From assembly GCA_041690635.1 (NCBI GenBank), contig JAWLGZ010000003.1, positions 347,065 through 371,064 of the forward strand: DNA of 24,000 nucleotides, read 5' to 3'. This stretch comes from Gammaproteobacteria bacterium. Its GTDB lineage: Bacteria; Pseudomonadota; Gammaproteobacteria; Thiohalomonadales; Thiohalomonadaceae. A model generated the notes under the pieces. It was not told where the DNA came from and made no database searches. It worked only from the letters and a program-made list of their open reading frames with translations. A program made the position numbers and the translations under genes. Each line of letters starts with the position of its first letter. Position 1 is the first letter of the stretch. Of this stretch, positions 16,169-24,000 are shown in pieces.

Positions 16169-16717
16169 GTGAAACGGCTGTTACGCCTGTTTGAGGGGCT
16201 GGATCGCGGGATCGGCTGGGGTGAGGCGGCGGTGCTGTCGCTGTCGGTCATGGCGCTGGCGCTGGTGAGCATCGCCAATGTCATCGGCCGCAACCTGCTG
16301 GACCACAGCCTCGCCTTCACGCAGGAGGTGAATCAGTCGCTGATGGTGCTGATCACCTTCGTGGGCATCGGCTACGGCGCCCGCCGGGCGCGCCACATCC
16401 GCATGTCCGCCCTCCACGATCAGCTGCGCGGCCGCTGGCGCAAGGCGCTACTGGTCTTCACCAGTGTCGGCACCGCCGCGCTGCTCTTTTTTCTCGCCTG
16501 GTATGCGGTGGAGTATGTGGCGCAGACCCGCCGCATCGGCTCGGTCACGCCGGCACTGCAGATCCCGCTCTGGGCGATCTACCTGTGGGTTCCGATCGGC
16601 TTCACCGTCGGCGGCATTCAGTATCTGCTGGCAGCCCTGCGCAACCTCACCACGCCGGGCGCGCACCTCGCGTTCAACTGCGCGGACGAGTACGAAAACG
16701 GCGGGGAGGGGCGGTGA
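16169..16717 (+). CDS. TRAP transporter small permease, DctQ family
   Basis: 182 aa, GTG start, four predicted TM helices. Typical DctQ N-terminus (L..l...i....l..m.....anVi.R.l). The stop overlaps the dctM start (GTGA). Confidence 0.8.
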   Translation: MKRLLRLFEGLDRGIGWGEAAVLSLSVMALALVSIANVIGRNLLDHSLAFTQEVNQSLMVLITFVGIGYGARRARHIRMSALHDQLRGRWRKALLVFTSVGTAALLFFLAWYAVEYVAQTRRIGSVTPALQIPLWAIYLWVPIGFTVGGIQYLLAALRNLTTPGAHLAFNCADEYENGGEGR

Positions 16718-17997
16718 TCGGTCTGGTCGTCACCGTGATGGTGGTGTTGCTCCTGCTCGGCTTTCCGATGCTGGTGCCGCTGGTGGCGGCCGCGCTGGTG
16801 CTGCTGTTCACCGAGTACGGTTTCCTCAGCCCTGCCATGCTGGTGCAGCAGATGGTGGGCGGGGTGAAGCCGGCGGTGTTGACCGCCGTGCCGCTGTTCA
16901 TCTTCGCCGCCGACCTGATGATTCGCGGCCACACCGCACAGCGGCTGCTCGATCTGGTGGAGTCGCTGGTGGGCCACCTGCGCGGGGGGCTGCCGATCAC
17001 CACCGCGCTCTCCTGCACCCTGTTCGGGGCGGTCTCCGGCTCCACCCAGGCGACGGTGGTGGCGATGGGGGGTCCGTTGCGGCCCAAGCTGTTGCATGCG
17101 GGGTATCGCGACAGTTTCGCCATGGGCCTCATCATCAATGCCAGCGACATCGCGCTGCTGATTCCCCCCAGTATTGGCATGATCATCTACGGCGTGGTGT
17201 CGGGTACCTCCGTCGGCGAGCTGTTCATCGCCGGCATCGGACCGGGGCTGCTGATCCTCGTACTCTTCTCCGCCTACGCCTGGTTCCACTCGTGGCGCAT
17301 GAACATCCCGGTGCTGCCGCGGGCCGACCACACCCGCCGTTTGCGGGCACTGCGACGGGCGGTGCTGCCGCTCGGCTTCCCGGTGATCATCATCGGCGGT
17401 ATCTACAGCGGCATCTTCAGTCCCACCGAGGCGGCGGCGGTATCGGTGATGTATGCGCTGCTGCTCGAGGTGGTGGTCTTCCGGGTGCTGCGGCTGCGGG
17501 AGATCCCGTCGGTGGCGCTCTCCACCGGCCTGGTGACGGCGGTGGTGTTCATTCTGGTGGCGGGGGGAACGGCGTTCTCCTGGATGATCGCCTTCGCCCG
17601 GATTCCGGATCTGCTGCTCGGCGATTTCATCACCTTGGCCGCCGACAACCACCTGCTGCTGCTCGGGCTGCTCGCGGTGGCCTACTTCATCGGCTGCATG
17701 TTCGTCGACCCGATCGTGGTGATCCTGATCCTCACCCCCATCTTCGCGCCGGTGATCAAGCAGTCCGGTATCGATCCGGTGCTGGTGGGGACGCTGGTCA
17801 CCCTGCAGGCGGCCATCGGCTCCGCCACACCGCCGTTCGGTTGCGACATCTTCACCGCCCAGGCGATCTTCCGCCGGCCCTATCTGGAGATCATCCGCGG
17901 CACGCCGCCGTTCATCGCCATGCTGGTGTTCGCCACGGTGCTGCTCATCCTGTTCCCGCCGATCGCGCTGTTCCTGCGCGACCTGGCGTTCCGGTGA
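16714..17997 (+). CDS. TRAP transporter large permease, DctM family
   Basis: GTG 16714 overlaps the dctQ stop (GTGA), with GGGGAGGGG just upstream. This gives 427 aa, the typical DctM length. It is highly hydrophobic, with DctM motifs (TTALSCTLFGAVSGS..AT, PPSIGMIIYG, GIFSPTEAAAV). The 43 codons upstream in the track ORF are Arg-rich and non-membrane-like. Confidence 0.9.
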   Translation: MIGLVVTVMVVLLLLGFPMLVPLVAAALVLLFTEYGFLSPAMLVQQMVGGVKPAVLTAVPLFIFAADLMIRGHTAQRLLDLVESLVGHLRGGLPITTALSCTLFGAVSGSTQATVVAMGGPLRPKLLHAGYRDSFAMGLIINASDIALLIPPSIGMIIYGVVSGTSVGELFIAGIGPGLLILVLFSAYAWFHSWRMNIPVLPRADHTRRLRALRRAVLPLGFPVIIIGGIYSGIFSPTEAAAVSVMYALLLEVVVFRVLRLREIPSVALSTGLVTAVVFILVAGGTAFSWMIAFARIPDLLLGDFITLAADNHLLLLGLLAVAYFIGCMFVDPIVVILILTPIFAPVIKQSGIDPVLVGTLVTLQAAIGSATPPFGCDIFTAQAIFRRPYLEIIRGTPPFIAMLVFATVLLILFPPIALFLRDLAFR

Positions 17998-18000
17998 TCC

Positions 18001-18558
18001 CTAACAGGACGGGCGCTGCAGGGCGGCCTCCACTTCGTCCCGCTTAGGCCGCCCGGCCAGCACCTCGATCAGTTCAAGGGCGAAGTCCATGGCGGTGCCG
18101 GGACCGCGTGAGGTGATCACCTTGCCGTCGCGCACCACCGGATCGCTGACGTAGGTGACATTGGGGAGGTTCATGCGGTCGACGAAACCCGGAAAGCTGG
18201 TGGCCCGGCGTCCGGTCAGCAGACCGGCGTTGCCGAGTACCTTGGGGGCGGCGCAGATGGCGGCGGTGTAGCGCTCCCTGGCGGCCATCTTCTTCAGCAG
18301 TTCAGCGATGCGCGGGTCGTTGTCCAGGTGATCGGCGCCGGGCATTCCGCCGGGCAGTACCACCATGTCGTACTCCCGTTCCAGCGCCGCCTCCAGCGTG
18401 GTGTCGGGGAGCAACACCACGCCACGGGAGGCGGTGACGGGGCCCTCGGTCAGCCCGGCGGTGACCACCTCCACACCGGCGCGGCGCAGCAGGTCGATTA
18501 CGGTGACGGCTTCGAGCTCTTCGCAGCCTTGGGCGAGGGGGACAAGGACGCTTGCCAT
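18001..18558 (-). CDS. yajL: DJ-1/PfpI-family protein (YajL/DJ-1-type deglycase/chaperone)
   Basis: MASVLVPLAQGCEELEAVTVIDLLRRAG matches the YajL N-terminus. The nucleophile-elbow motif is AAICAAP. AAGGA SD lies 7 nt upstream. 185 aa. Confidence 0.85.
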   Translation of the reverse strand: MASVLVPLAQGCEELEAVTVIDLLRRAGVEVVTAGLTEGPVTASRGVVLLPDTTLEAALEREYDMVVLPGGMPGADHLDNDPRIAELLKKMAARERYTAAICAAPKVLGNAGLLTGRRATSFPGFVDRMNLPNVTYVSDPVVRDGKVITSRGPGTAMDFALELIEVLAGRPKRDEVEAALQRPSC

Positions 18559-19319
18559 TGTTTGATCCTTTGCTTTTCCCTGAATGCGATCAGTGTAGAG
18601 ACCGGCACCAGCTCCACCCCACGCTCCCGCAGCCGGGGCAGCACCTCCTCCAAAACCTCCAGGGTCTCCGGATAGGGGTGGCCGATGCCCACCGCCCAGC
18701 CGTTCAGGCGGGCCTGTTCGATCAGCCGGTCGAACTGGCGGGTGACAAAGGCGCGGGTTTGGATGGCATCAAGGAAGATGTCGCGGGTGAGGGTCGGCAC
18801 CCCCTGGCTCTCGGCCTCGCGCCCCGCGATGGTACCGGGGGTGGTGCGGCTGTCGACGAAGTAGAGCCGGCCGCGCTGTTTCAGCTCCTCCATCAGCCAG
18901 GTCATCGGTACGGCGTGGCGGGTGAGCAGACTGCCCATGTGGTTGTTCACGCCGGCGGCATGGGGCACCGATTCCAGATTGGCCATCACCGTCCGGGAGA
19001 ATGCGGCCCGGTCCATATCCAGCGTCAGGCCGCCCGGACCAAGGCGGTTGCCGCGCTCGGCCTGCATCGGCAGGTGGAGCATCACCTCCTTGCCGCGGGC
19101 GTGGGCAAGCCGGGCCAGCCGCGCGGCATGGGGGGTGCGGGGAAGGATGGAGTAGGTGAGCGGCCCACGCAGGTTGAGCGCCCGCTCACCGGCGGCCAGC
19201 CGATCACCCAGATCGTCGATGATGATGGCAATGGCCGGCACCGCCCGCCCCGGTTCCGCCGCGACAGGCGGCACCAGGGCGAACAGGACAAGCCAGGCGA
19301 TCCGTTGCCACAGCATCAT
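18498..19319 (-). CDS. yibQ: Divergent polysaccharide deacetylase family protein (YibQ-like)
   Basis: Signal peptide, then IAIIIDDLG, LTYSILP, GKEVMLHLPM, AAGVNNHMGS and GHPYPETL, which match the YibQ family. It occupies the same position after envC/ctpA as in E. coli and Pseudomonas. Its 3' end overlaps the yajL start by 61 nt. Confidence 0.85.
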   Translation of the reverse strand: MMLWQRIAWLVLFALVPPVAAEPGRAVPAIAIIIDDLGDRLAAGERALNLRGPLTYSILPRTPHAARLARLAHARGKEVMLHLPMQAERGNRLGPGGLTLDMDRAAFSRTVMANLESVPHAAGVNNHMGSLLTRHAVPMTWLMEELKQRGRLYFVDSRTTPGTIAGREAESQGVPTLTRDIFLDAIQTRAFVTRQFDRLIEQARLNGWAVGIGHPYPETLEVLEEVLPRLRERGVELVPVSTLIAFREKQRIKQWQASLSPSPKAAKSSKPSP

Positions 19320-19334
19320 CGGGCAGCGCGCGGC

Positions 19335-20669
19335 TCAGGGTGCCGCAGAGGAACGCAGGATGTGCAGCCCTTTAAGCAGGTTGTACGCCTCGTAGAGGCC
19401 GTAGTCCGTGCTGGCCAGCGGCGTGCCGTCGGCCGGCTCCTTCTCCCCGCCTTTGGCACCGGTCTTGTCACCGTTCTCCTCGCCATTGCCGTTCAGCAGG
19501 TGGCGGCTGAGGTCGGCCTCTTTCACCAGCTCGGTGCCGCTCTCCTCCACTTCGGCCACGGTCACCGGGCGGATGGTGATGTCGGGTTTGATCCCCTCGG
19601 CCTGGATGGAGCGCCCTGACGGGGTGAAGTAGCGGGCGGTGGTGAGCTTCACCCCGGTGCTGTTACTCATCGGGAAGATGGTCTGCACCGACCCCTTGCC
19701 GAAGGTCTGGGCGCCCATCACCACGGCGCGGCGGTGGTCCTGCAGCGCCCCCGCGACGATCTCCGAGGCGGAGGCGGAGCCGCCGTTGACCAGCACCACC
19801 AGCGGTGCACCCTTGAGGACGTCACCCGGGGTGGCGCTGAACTTCAGTTCGGCATCCGTGGTCCGTCCCTGGGTGTAGACGATCAGCCCCTTGTTGAGGA
19901 AGGCATCCGACACCTCCACCGAGGCGCCGAGAACGCCGCCCGGGTTGTTGCGCAGGTCCAGCACCAACCCGTTGAGTTCACCGCCATTCTCCTTGCGCAG
20001 CCGGGAGACCGCGTCGATCACCTGGGCGGCGGTCTTGGTCTGGAAGTTGGTGATGCGCACGTAACCGAAGCCGTCGCCTAGATCCCGGCTCTTGACGCTC
20101 TTCACCTTGATCACGTCGCGGGTGATGGTGATCTTGAGCGGCGCATCGGCGCCGCTGCGTACGATGGTCAGGGTGATATCGCTGCCAGGCTTGCCGCGCA
20201 TCAGCTTGACCGCATCGTTCAGGGTCATCCCCTTCACCGGCGTGTCGTCGAGCCGGATAATCAGGTCGCCCGCCTGTACGCCGGCACGGGCGGCCGGAGT
20301 GTCATCGATAGGGGCGACCACCTTGACGAAGCCGTCCTCCATGCCCACCTCGATGCCGAGGCCGCCGAACTCGCCGGTGGTGCCTGCCTGAAGGTCCTTG
20401 AAGGCGTCGGCGTCGAGGAAGGCGGAGTGGGGATCGAGACCCGAGAGCATGCCGCTGATGGCGCTGTCGAGCAGCTTCTTGTCGTCCACCTGCTCCACAT
20501 AATCCGACTTGATTTTGCCGAACACCTCGGCGAAAGCGCGCAGCTCGTCCAGCGGCAACGGCGTGACGCTCTCGGTGCGGTCGGCGAAGACGCTGCCGCC
20601 GAGCGACAGACTGAGCCCCATGGTCACGCCCAGAACCAGGACCAGCAGGGTGCGGGTTGTATGCCTCAT
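19335..20669 (-). CDS. ctpA: S41-family carboxy-terminal processing protease (CtpA/Prc-like)
   Basis: ATG 20669 (MRHTTRTLLVLVLG signal peptide; GGGAG 6 nt upstream). PDZ region GGLGIEV...AGVQAGDLI. Catalytic Ser in GGSASASEI and Lys in TFGKGSVQ. Confidence 0.9.
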   Translation of the reverse strand: MRHTTRTLLVLVLGVTMGLSLSLGGSVFADRTESVTPLPLDELRAFAEVFGKIKSDYVEQVDDKKLLDSAISGMLSGLDPHSAFLDADAFKDLQAGTTGEFGGLGIEVGMEDGFVKVVAPIDDTPAARAGVQAGDLIIRLDDTPVKGMTLNDAVKLMRGKPGSDITLTIVRSGADAPLKITITRDVIKVKSVKSRDLGDGFGYVRITNFQTKTAAQVIDAVSRLRKENGGELNGLVLDLRNNPGGVLGASVEVSDAFLNKGLIVYTQGRTTDAELKFSATPGDVLKGAPLVVLVNGGSASASEIVAGALQDHRRAVVMGAQTFGKGSVQTIFPMSNSTGVKLTTARYFTPSGRSIQAEGIKPDITIRPVTVAEVEESGTELVKEADLSRHLLNGNGEENGDKTGAKGGEKEPADGTPLASTDYGLYEAYNLLKGLHILRSSAAP

Positions 20670-20779
20670 GAAGTACTCCCGGGAACGGATTCCCCTGTTC
20701 ATTCAGATGCGGGCGGTGCCGGATTGCCTAGATACTACTGCAACAGCGCTGCCTGTTCCCATCTTTTGCGCTCTCTTGG

Positions 20780-21919
20780 TCAGCGTGCGGCCAGCCGACA
20801 CCAGAGTTCCGGATTGATCGGCCGCCCCTTGTGGCGGATCTCGAAATAGAGGCCATTACGCTCCTGGCCGCCACTGTCGCCCACGGTGGCGACCACCTCG
20901 CCCGCCTCGACCCAGTCGCCCACCTCCTTGTAGAGCGCCTGGCTGTAGCCGTACAGGCTCATGTAACCGTCGCCGTGATCGATGATGGTCATCAGACCAT
21001 AGCCGCGCAGCCAGTCGGCAAAGGCGACCCGCCCACGCGCCACGGCGCGCACCGGCTGCCCCTCACCGCCGCCGATCACCACCCCCTGCCAGTTGACCCC
21101 GGCCGGGCGCGGTGTGTTGTACCGGGTCAGCAGCGGGCCGCGGGTCGGCCAGTGAAGCTGGCCGCGCAGGCGGCCGAAGGGGTTGTCCTTGATCGGCAGG
21201 TTCTCCAGCGCCTGCGCCAGCGCCGCGATAAGGCGCTCCAATTCCTTTTCGTCCTTTTCCAGATGGGCAAGTTCCGTACCCTTGCCCTGCAGCTCGACCC
21301 TGACCCGCTCCAGCACCCGTTTCCGCTCGTGGCGGAGCTTCTCCAGCGTCTCCCGCTCCGCCACCCGGCGGCTGCGCAATACCTCCAGCCGCGCCGCCTC
21401 GGCGCTCACCGCCCGCTGCACCTCGGCCAGTTCGGCCAGTGTCCGGCCGAGGAGATCGATCCGCTCGCCGCGCTCCCGATTCAGATAGCCGTAGTAGGCC
21501 ATCACACGGCCGAAGCGGGCCGGATCCTCCTGGTTGAGCAGCATCTTCACGTAATGCTGCCGACCCATCATGTAGGCGGTGCGCAACTGCTGCGCAAGGG
21601 CGCTTCGCTGCGCCTTGAGATCGGCCACCAGCCGATCACGCTCCCGTTGAAGGCTGGCCAGCTTGCGGGTCTGTTCGGCCAGCTCCTGCTCGACCTGGCG
21701 GACCGCCGTGGCCGACTGGCCGACGCGCCGCTCCACCCCGGCCAGCTCCTCCTGCAGGGTGTCGCGCTGCCCGCGGATGCGGCCAAGCTCCTGTTTCAGT
21801 ACCCCGATCCGCGCACGCAGCCGGTCGAGCTCGGCCTCCTTCTGCTGCCGCTGGTCGGCGGCCGGGGTGCTGGCGGCTAGCAGCCCTCCCGCCAGCAGCA
21901 AAGCCCGGGCGAGCCGCAA
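20780..21919 (-). CDS. envC: Murein hydrolase activator EnvC (coiled-coil plus degenerate LytM/M23 domain)
   Basis: TTG start 2 nt after the gpmI stop. It has a signal peptide and a long heptad-rich coiled coil. In the C-terminal LytM domain the HxxxD and HxH metal ligands are replaced (WQGVVIGG; GLYFEIRHKG, as in E. coli EnvC GLYFEIR). This points to an activator rather than a peptidase. Confidence 0.85.
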   Translation of the reverse strand: MRLARALLLAGGLLAASTPAADQRQQKEAELDRLRARIGVLKQELGRIRGQRDTLQEELAGVERRVGQSATAVRQVEQELAEQTRKLASLQRERDRLVADLKAQRSALAQQLRTAYMMGRQHYVKMLLNQEDPARFGRVMAYYGYLNRERGERIDLLGRTLAELAEVQRAVSAEAARLEVLRSRRVAERETLEKLRHERKRVLERVRVELQGKGTELAHLEKDEKELERLIAALAQALENLPIKDNPFGRLRGQLHWPTRGPLLTRYNTPRPAGVNWQGVVIGGGEGQPVRAVARGRVAFADWLRGYGLMTIIDHGDGYMSLYGYSQALYKEVGDWVEAGEVVATVGDSGGQERNGLYFEIRHKGRPINPELWCRLAAR

Positions 21920-21921
21920 CT

Positions 21922-23490
21922 TCAGGAGCCACCCTCCCCGTCGAACGCCTCGATCAGGCTGTGCCCGGTCATCTCGGTCGGCGACTCCAGCCCTGCCAGA
22001 TGCAGCAGGGTGGGAGCCACGTCGGCCAGGGTGCCGCCGCCGGCCAACTGCGCATCACGCCCCACATAGACCAGCGGCACCGGATTGCTGGTGTGGGCCG
22101 TGTGGGGCTGGCCGGTGTCGAGACCGCGCATCTGTTCGGCATTGCCGTGGTCGGCGGTGATCAGCAACTCGCCGCCCACTGCCTCGATCGCCTCTACCAG
22201 TCGGCCGAGACAACTGTCGAGGGCCTCGATGGCCTTCACCGTCGCCTCAAAGTTTCCGGTGTGGCCGACCATGTCCGGATTGGCGAAGTTGCAGATGACG
22301 AAATCGTAGTTGCCGCCCTGGAACGCCTCGATGAGCCGATCTGTAACCTCCAGGGCACTCATCTCGGGTTTGAGGTCGTAGGTGGCCACCTGCGGCGAGG
22401 ATACCAGGACCCGATCCTCCCACTCGAACGGGGTTTCCACGCCGCCGTTGAAGAAGAAAGTGACGTGGGCGTACTTCTCGGTTTCGGCAATGCGCAGTTG
22501 GTGGAACCCGAGGCTGGAGACGTATTCACCGAAGGTGTTGCGAATCCGCTCCGGCGGGAAAGCAACCTCGATGTCGAAGTCGTGGCTGTATTCGGTGAGG
22601 CTGACAAACCGGCCGAGCTGCGGGGTTACCGCGCGCTCGAAGCAGTCGAACTCGGGCTCGATGAAGGGGCGGGTGATCTGCCGCGCCCGGTCGGAGCGGT
22701 AGTTCATGAAGACAATGACGTCGCCGTCGCGCACGCAGGCGGGCGAATCACCGCCGGCGGCGATCACGGTCGGCTTGACGAACTCATCGCTCTCACCGCG
22801 GGCGTAGGCCGCCTCCAGCGCCTCCTGCGTGGTGGCAAAGCGGTAGTCGGCGCGGCAACCGGTAATGAGGTCGTAGGCGGCCTGGATGCGCGGCCAGCGA
22901 TGGTCACGGTCCATGGCGTAGTAGCGGCCGACCAGCGAGGCGATACGGCCGTGGCCGAGTTCCGCAAACTTTTCGTCCATCAGCCGCAGGGAGTCCGCCG
23001 CGCTTCTCGGCGGCGTGTCGCGTCCGTCGAGAAAGGCGTGGACATAGACCTGGCTGCAGCCGCGCCCGACCGCCAGCTCAGCCATGGCATGGATATGCTC
23101 TTCGTGGCTGTGCACGCCGCCCGGAGAGAGCAGGCCGATGATGTGGACCGCCTTGCCCTGTTCATTGGCAAAATCGACCGCGTCGGTCAGGGTCTGATTG
23201 GTAAAGAACGAGCCGGTCTTTATCGCCCGGCTGACGCGGGTGAACTCCTGATAGACCACGCGCCCCGCACCCAGATTGAGATGACCCACCTCCGAGTTGC
23301 CCATCTGGCCGGCGGGCAGCCCCACCTCGGCACCGGAGGTACGGATCAGGGTGTGCGGACGCTCCGCCCACAGGCGGTCCCACACCGGCGTGCGCGCGGA
23401 GAGGATGGCATTGTGGTCGGTCATGTCCGAGAAACCCCAGCCGTCGAGGACGATCAGGGCGATGGGATGGGGTTTGTTGCTTGGCGGCAT
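21922..23490 (-). CDS. gpmI: 2,3-bisphosphoglycerate-independent phosphoglycerate mutase
   Basis: Homology to E. coli GpmM starts at [19 protein letters not shown] (ATG 23490) and includes [44 protein letters not shown] and TADHGN. The 31 codons upstream in the track ORF use A/T-ending codons atypical for this genome. Confidence 0.95.
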   Translation of the reverse strand: MPPSNKPHPIALIVLDGWGFSDMTDHNAILSARTPVWDRLWAERPHTLIRTSGAEVGLPAGQMGNSEVGHLNLGAGRVVYQEFTRVSRAIKTGSFFTNQTLTDAVDFANEQGKAVHIIGLLSPGGVHSHEEHIHAMAELAVGRGCSQVYVHAFLDGRDTPPRSAADSLRLMDEKFAELGHGRIASLVGRYYAMDRDHRWPRIQAAYDLITGCRADYRFATTQEALEAAYARGESDEFVKPTVIAAGGDSPACVRDGDVIVFMNYRSDRARQITRPFIEPEFDCFERAVTPQLGRFVSLTEYSHDFDIEVAFPPERIRNTFGEYVSSLGFHQLRIAETEKYAHVTFFFNGGVETPFEWEDRVLVSSPQVATYDLKPEMSALEVTDRLIEAFQGGNYDFVICNFANPDMVGHTGNFEATVKAIEALDSCLGRLVEAIEAVGGELLITADHGNAEQMRGLDTGQPHTAHTSNPVPLVYVGRDAQLAGGGTLADVAPTLLHLAGLESPTEMTGHSLIEAFDGEGGS

Positions 23491-23648
23491 ACGGGTAGGT
23501 CGTCGTGTGGCGCTGGCGTCACGGCTCTGTGGTATTGGACCAAGTCTAACCAGTACGGGGTGGCCAGACCATTGCCCGTCCACTCCGAGATACGCTGGCC
23601 CATTACCGTATTAGAATAGGGCTCTTCTCAAATGGAGGTTTATTGTAT

Positions 23649-24000
23649 ATGGTTTCAGGGTTGAAAGGCAGCGTGCTGCCCCCTCCCAGCCACCGGACAG
23701 CCGGCCCGGAGATCCAAGAACCAATGAACGACTATACAGAGGAAGTAAGCCTGATCTCCCGCGACGAGGATATCGAGCGGGCATCGCGATCACTCAAGGC
23801 GATGTCGCACCCCCTGCGGCTCAAGATCCTGTGCACCCTTGGCCAGCAGGAGGTCAGCGTACAGGACATTGTCGAGCGCGTGGGCACGTCGCAAAGCAAT
23901 ATCTCCCAGCACCTGGCAATCCTGCGCGACAAGGGAATCCTGTCGGCACGTAAAGACGCCAACCGGGTCTACTATCGGGTGGAGGATTCGCGCACCCTGC
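23649..24000 (+). CDS. ArsR/SmtB-family transcriptional regulator, N-terminal part (runs off the right edge)
   Basis: Not in the ORF track because there is no stop. The wHTH core is SLKAMSHPLRLKILCTLGQQEVSVQDIVERVGTSQSNISQHLAILRDKGILSARKDANRVYYRV. The start is ambiguous. ATG 23649 has GGAGG 10 nt upstream and TAGAAT at 23612-17. ATG 23724 (MNDYTEE) gives a more typical N-terminal length but has no SD. Confidence 0.72.
   Translation, partial: MVSGLKGSVLPPPSHRTAGPEIQEPMNDYTEEVSLISRDEDIERASRSLKAMSHPLRLKILCTLGQQEVSVQDIVERVGTSQSNISQHLAILRDKGILSARKDANRVYYRVEDSRTL

Noticed and set aside
16464-18047. 527-aa plus-strand and 344-aa minus-strand (16618..17652) ORFs overlapping dctM, and a 292-aa ORF (15085..15963) overlapping dctP in another frame.
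   Set aside because: These are alternative-frame or antisense products of TRAP genes. The translations are Arg/Pro/Gly-rich rather than membrane-like or DctP-like.
23491-23583. 31-codon N-terminal extension of gpmI (GTG 23583).
   Set aside because: The extension uses A/T-ending codons (gta, gtt, aga, ctt, cca, ata) unlike the rest of the gene, and has no homology. GpmI homologues begin just before the (I/L)ILDG(W/Y)G motif.
21961-23619. 552-aa plus-strand ORF opposite gpmI. The same reasoning covers 20831..21880 opposite envC, 18552..19619 opposite yibQ/ctpA, 7700..8935 opposite hslU, 411..1604 opposite metA, and 14257..14919 opposite the MCP.
   Set aside because: All are mirror-frame ORFs of genes with strong homology on the other strand. 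Their compositions are typical of GC-rich antisense frames, and they show no SD/start support or domain signatures.

Overview
This is a GC-rich chromosomal segment with strong third-position GC bias. Its gene content and synteny look gammaproteobacterial, resembling the Pseudomonas and E. coli core layouts and possibly a Chromatiales/Ectothiorhodospiraceae-type organism. The taxon is a guess.

Every substantial gene is a recognisable housekeeping or core function:
- Minus strand: a PAS sensor fragment, metA plus an uncharacterised P-loop protein, a DUF2459-like lipoprotein plus an extended SCO1/SenC, and tmcA.
- Plus strand: an orphan mlaC-like gene, then the string hslV-hslU-DUF971-ubiE-ubiJ-ubiB, then an MCP with a PilJ-type sensor domain.
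- A TRAP transporter with dctP divergent from dctQM.
- Minus strand: yajL(DJ-1)-yibQ-ctpA-envC-gpmI, which is the E. coli gpmM-envC-yibQ block with ctpA inserted, as in Pseudomonas.
- Plus strand: an ArsR-family regulator fragment at the right edge.

I see no rRNA, tRNA, CRISPR, transposase, integrase, phage or defence-type genes. I do not find convincing evidence of a novel multi-gene system.

The most unusual signals are non-coding:
1. A roughly 95-nt palindrome between hslU and the DUF971 gene, built from 7-nt-periodic CAAGT/ACTTG units.
2. An atypically long, lower-GC ubiJ-ubiB spacer. It has a strong SD followed by two tiny ORFs chained by stop/start overlaps into the ubiB GTG start.
3. 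A structured ubiE-ubiJ spacer.
4. GGTGC/GCACC palindromes and a sigma54-like -24 box in the divergent TRAP control region.

On the protein side, the oddities are the metA-linked P-loop protein, the two-Cys N-terminal extension on SCO1, and a single-Cys ArsR regulator.

Many long ORFs in the supplied track are antisense shadows typical of high-GC DNA.
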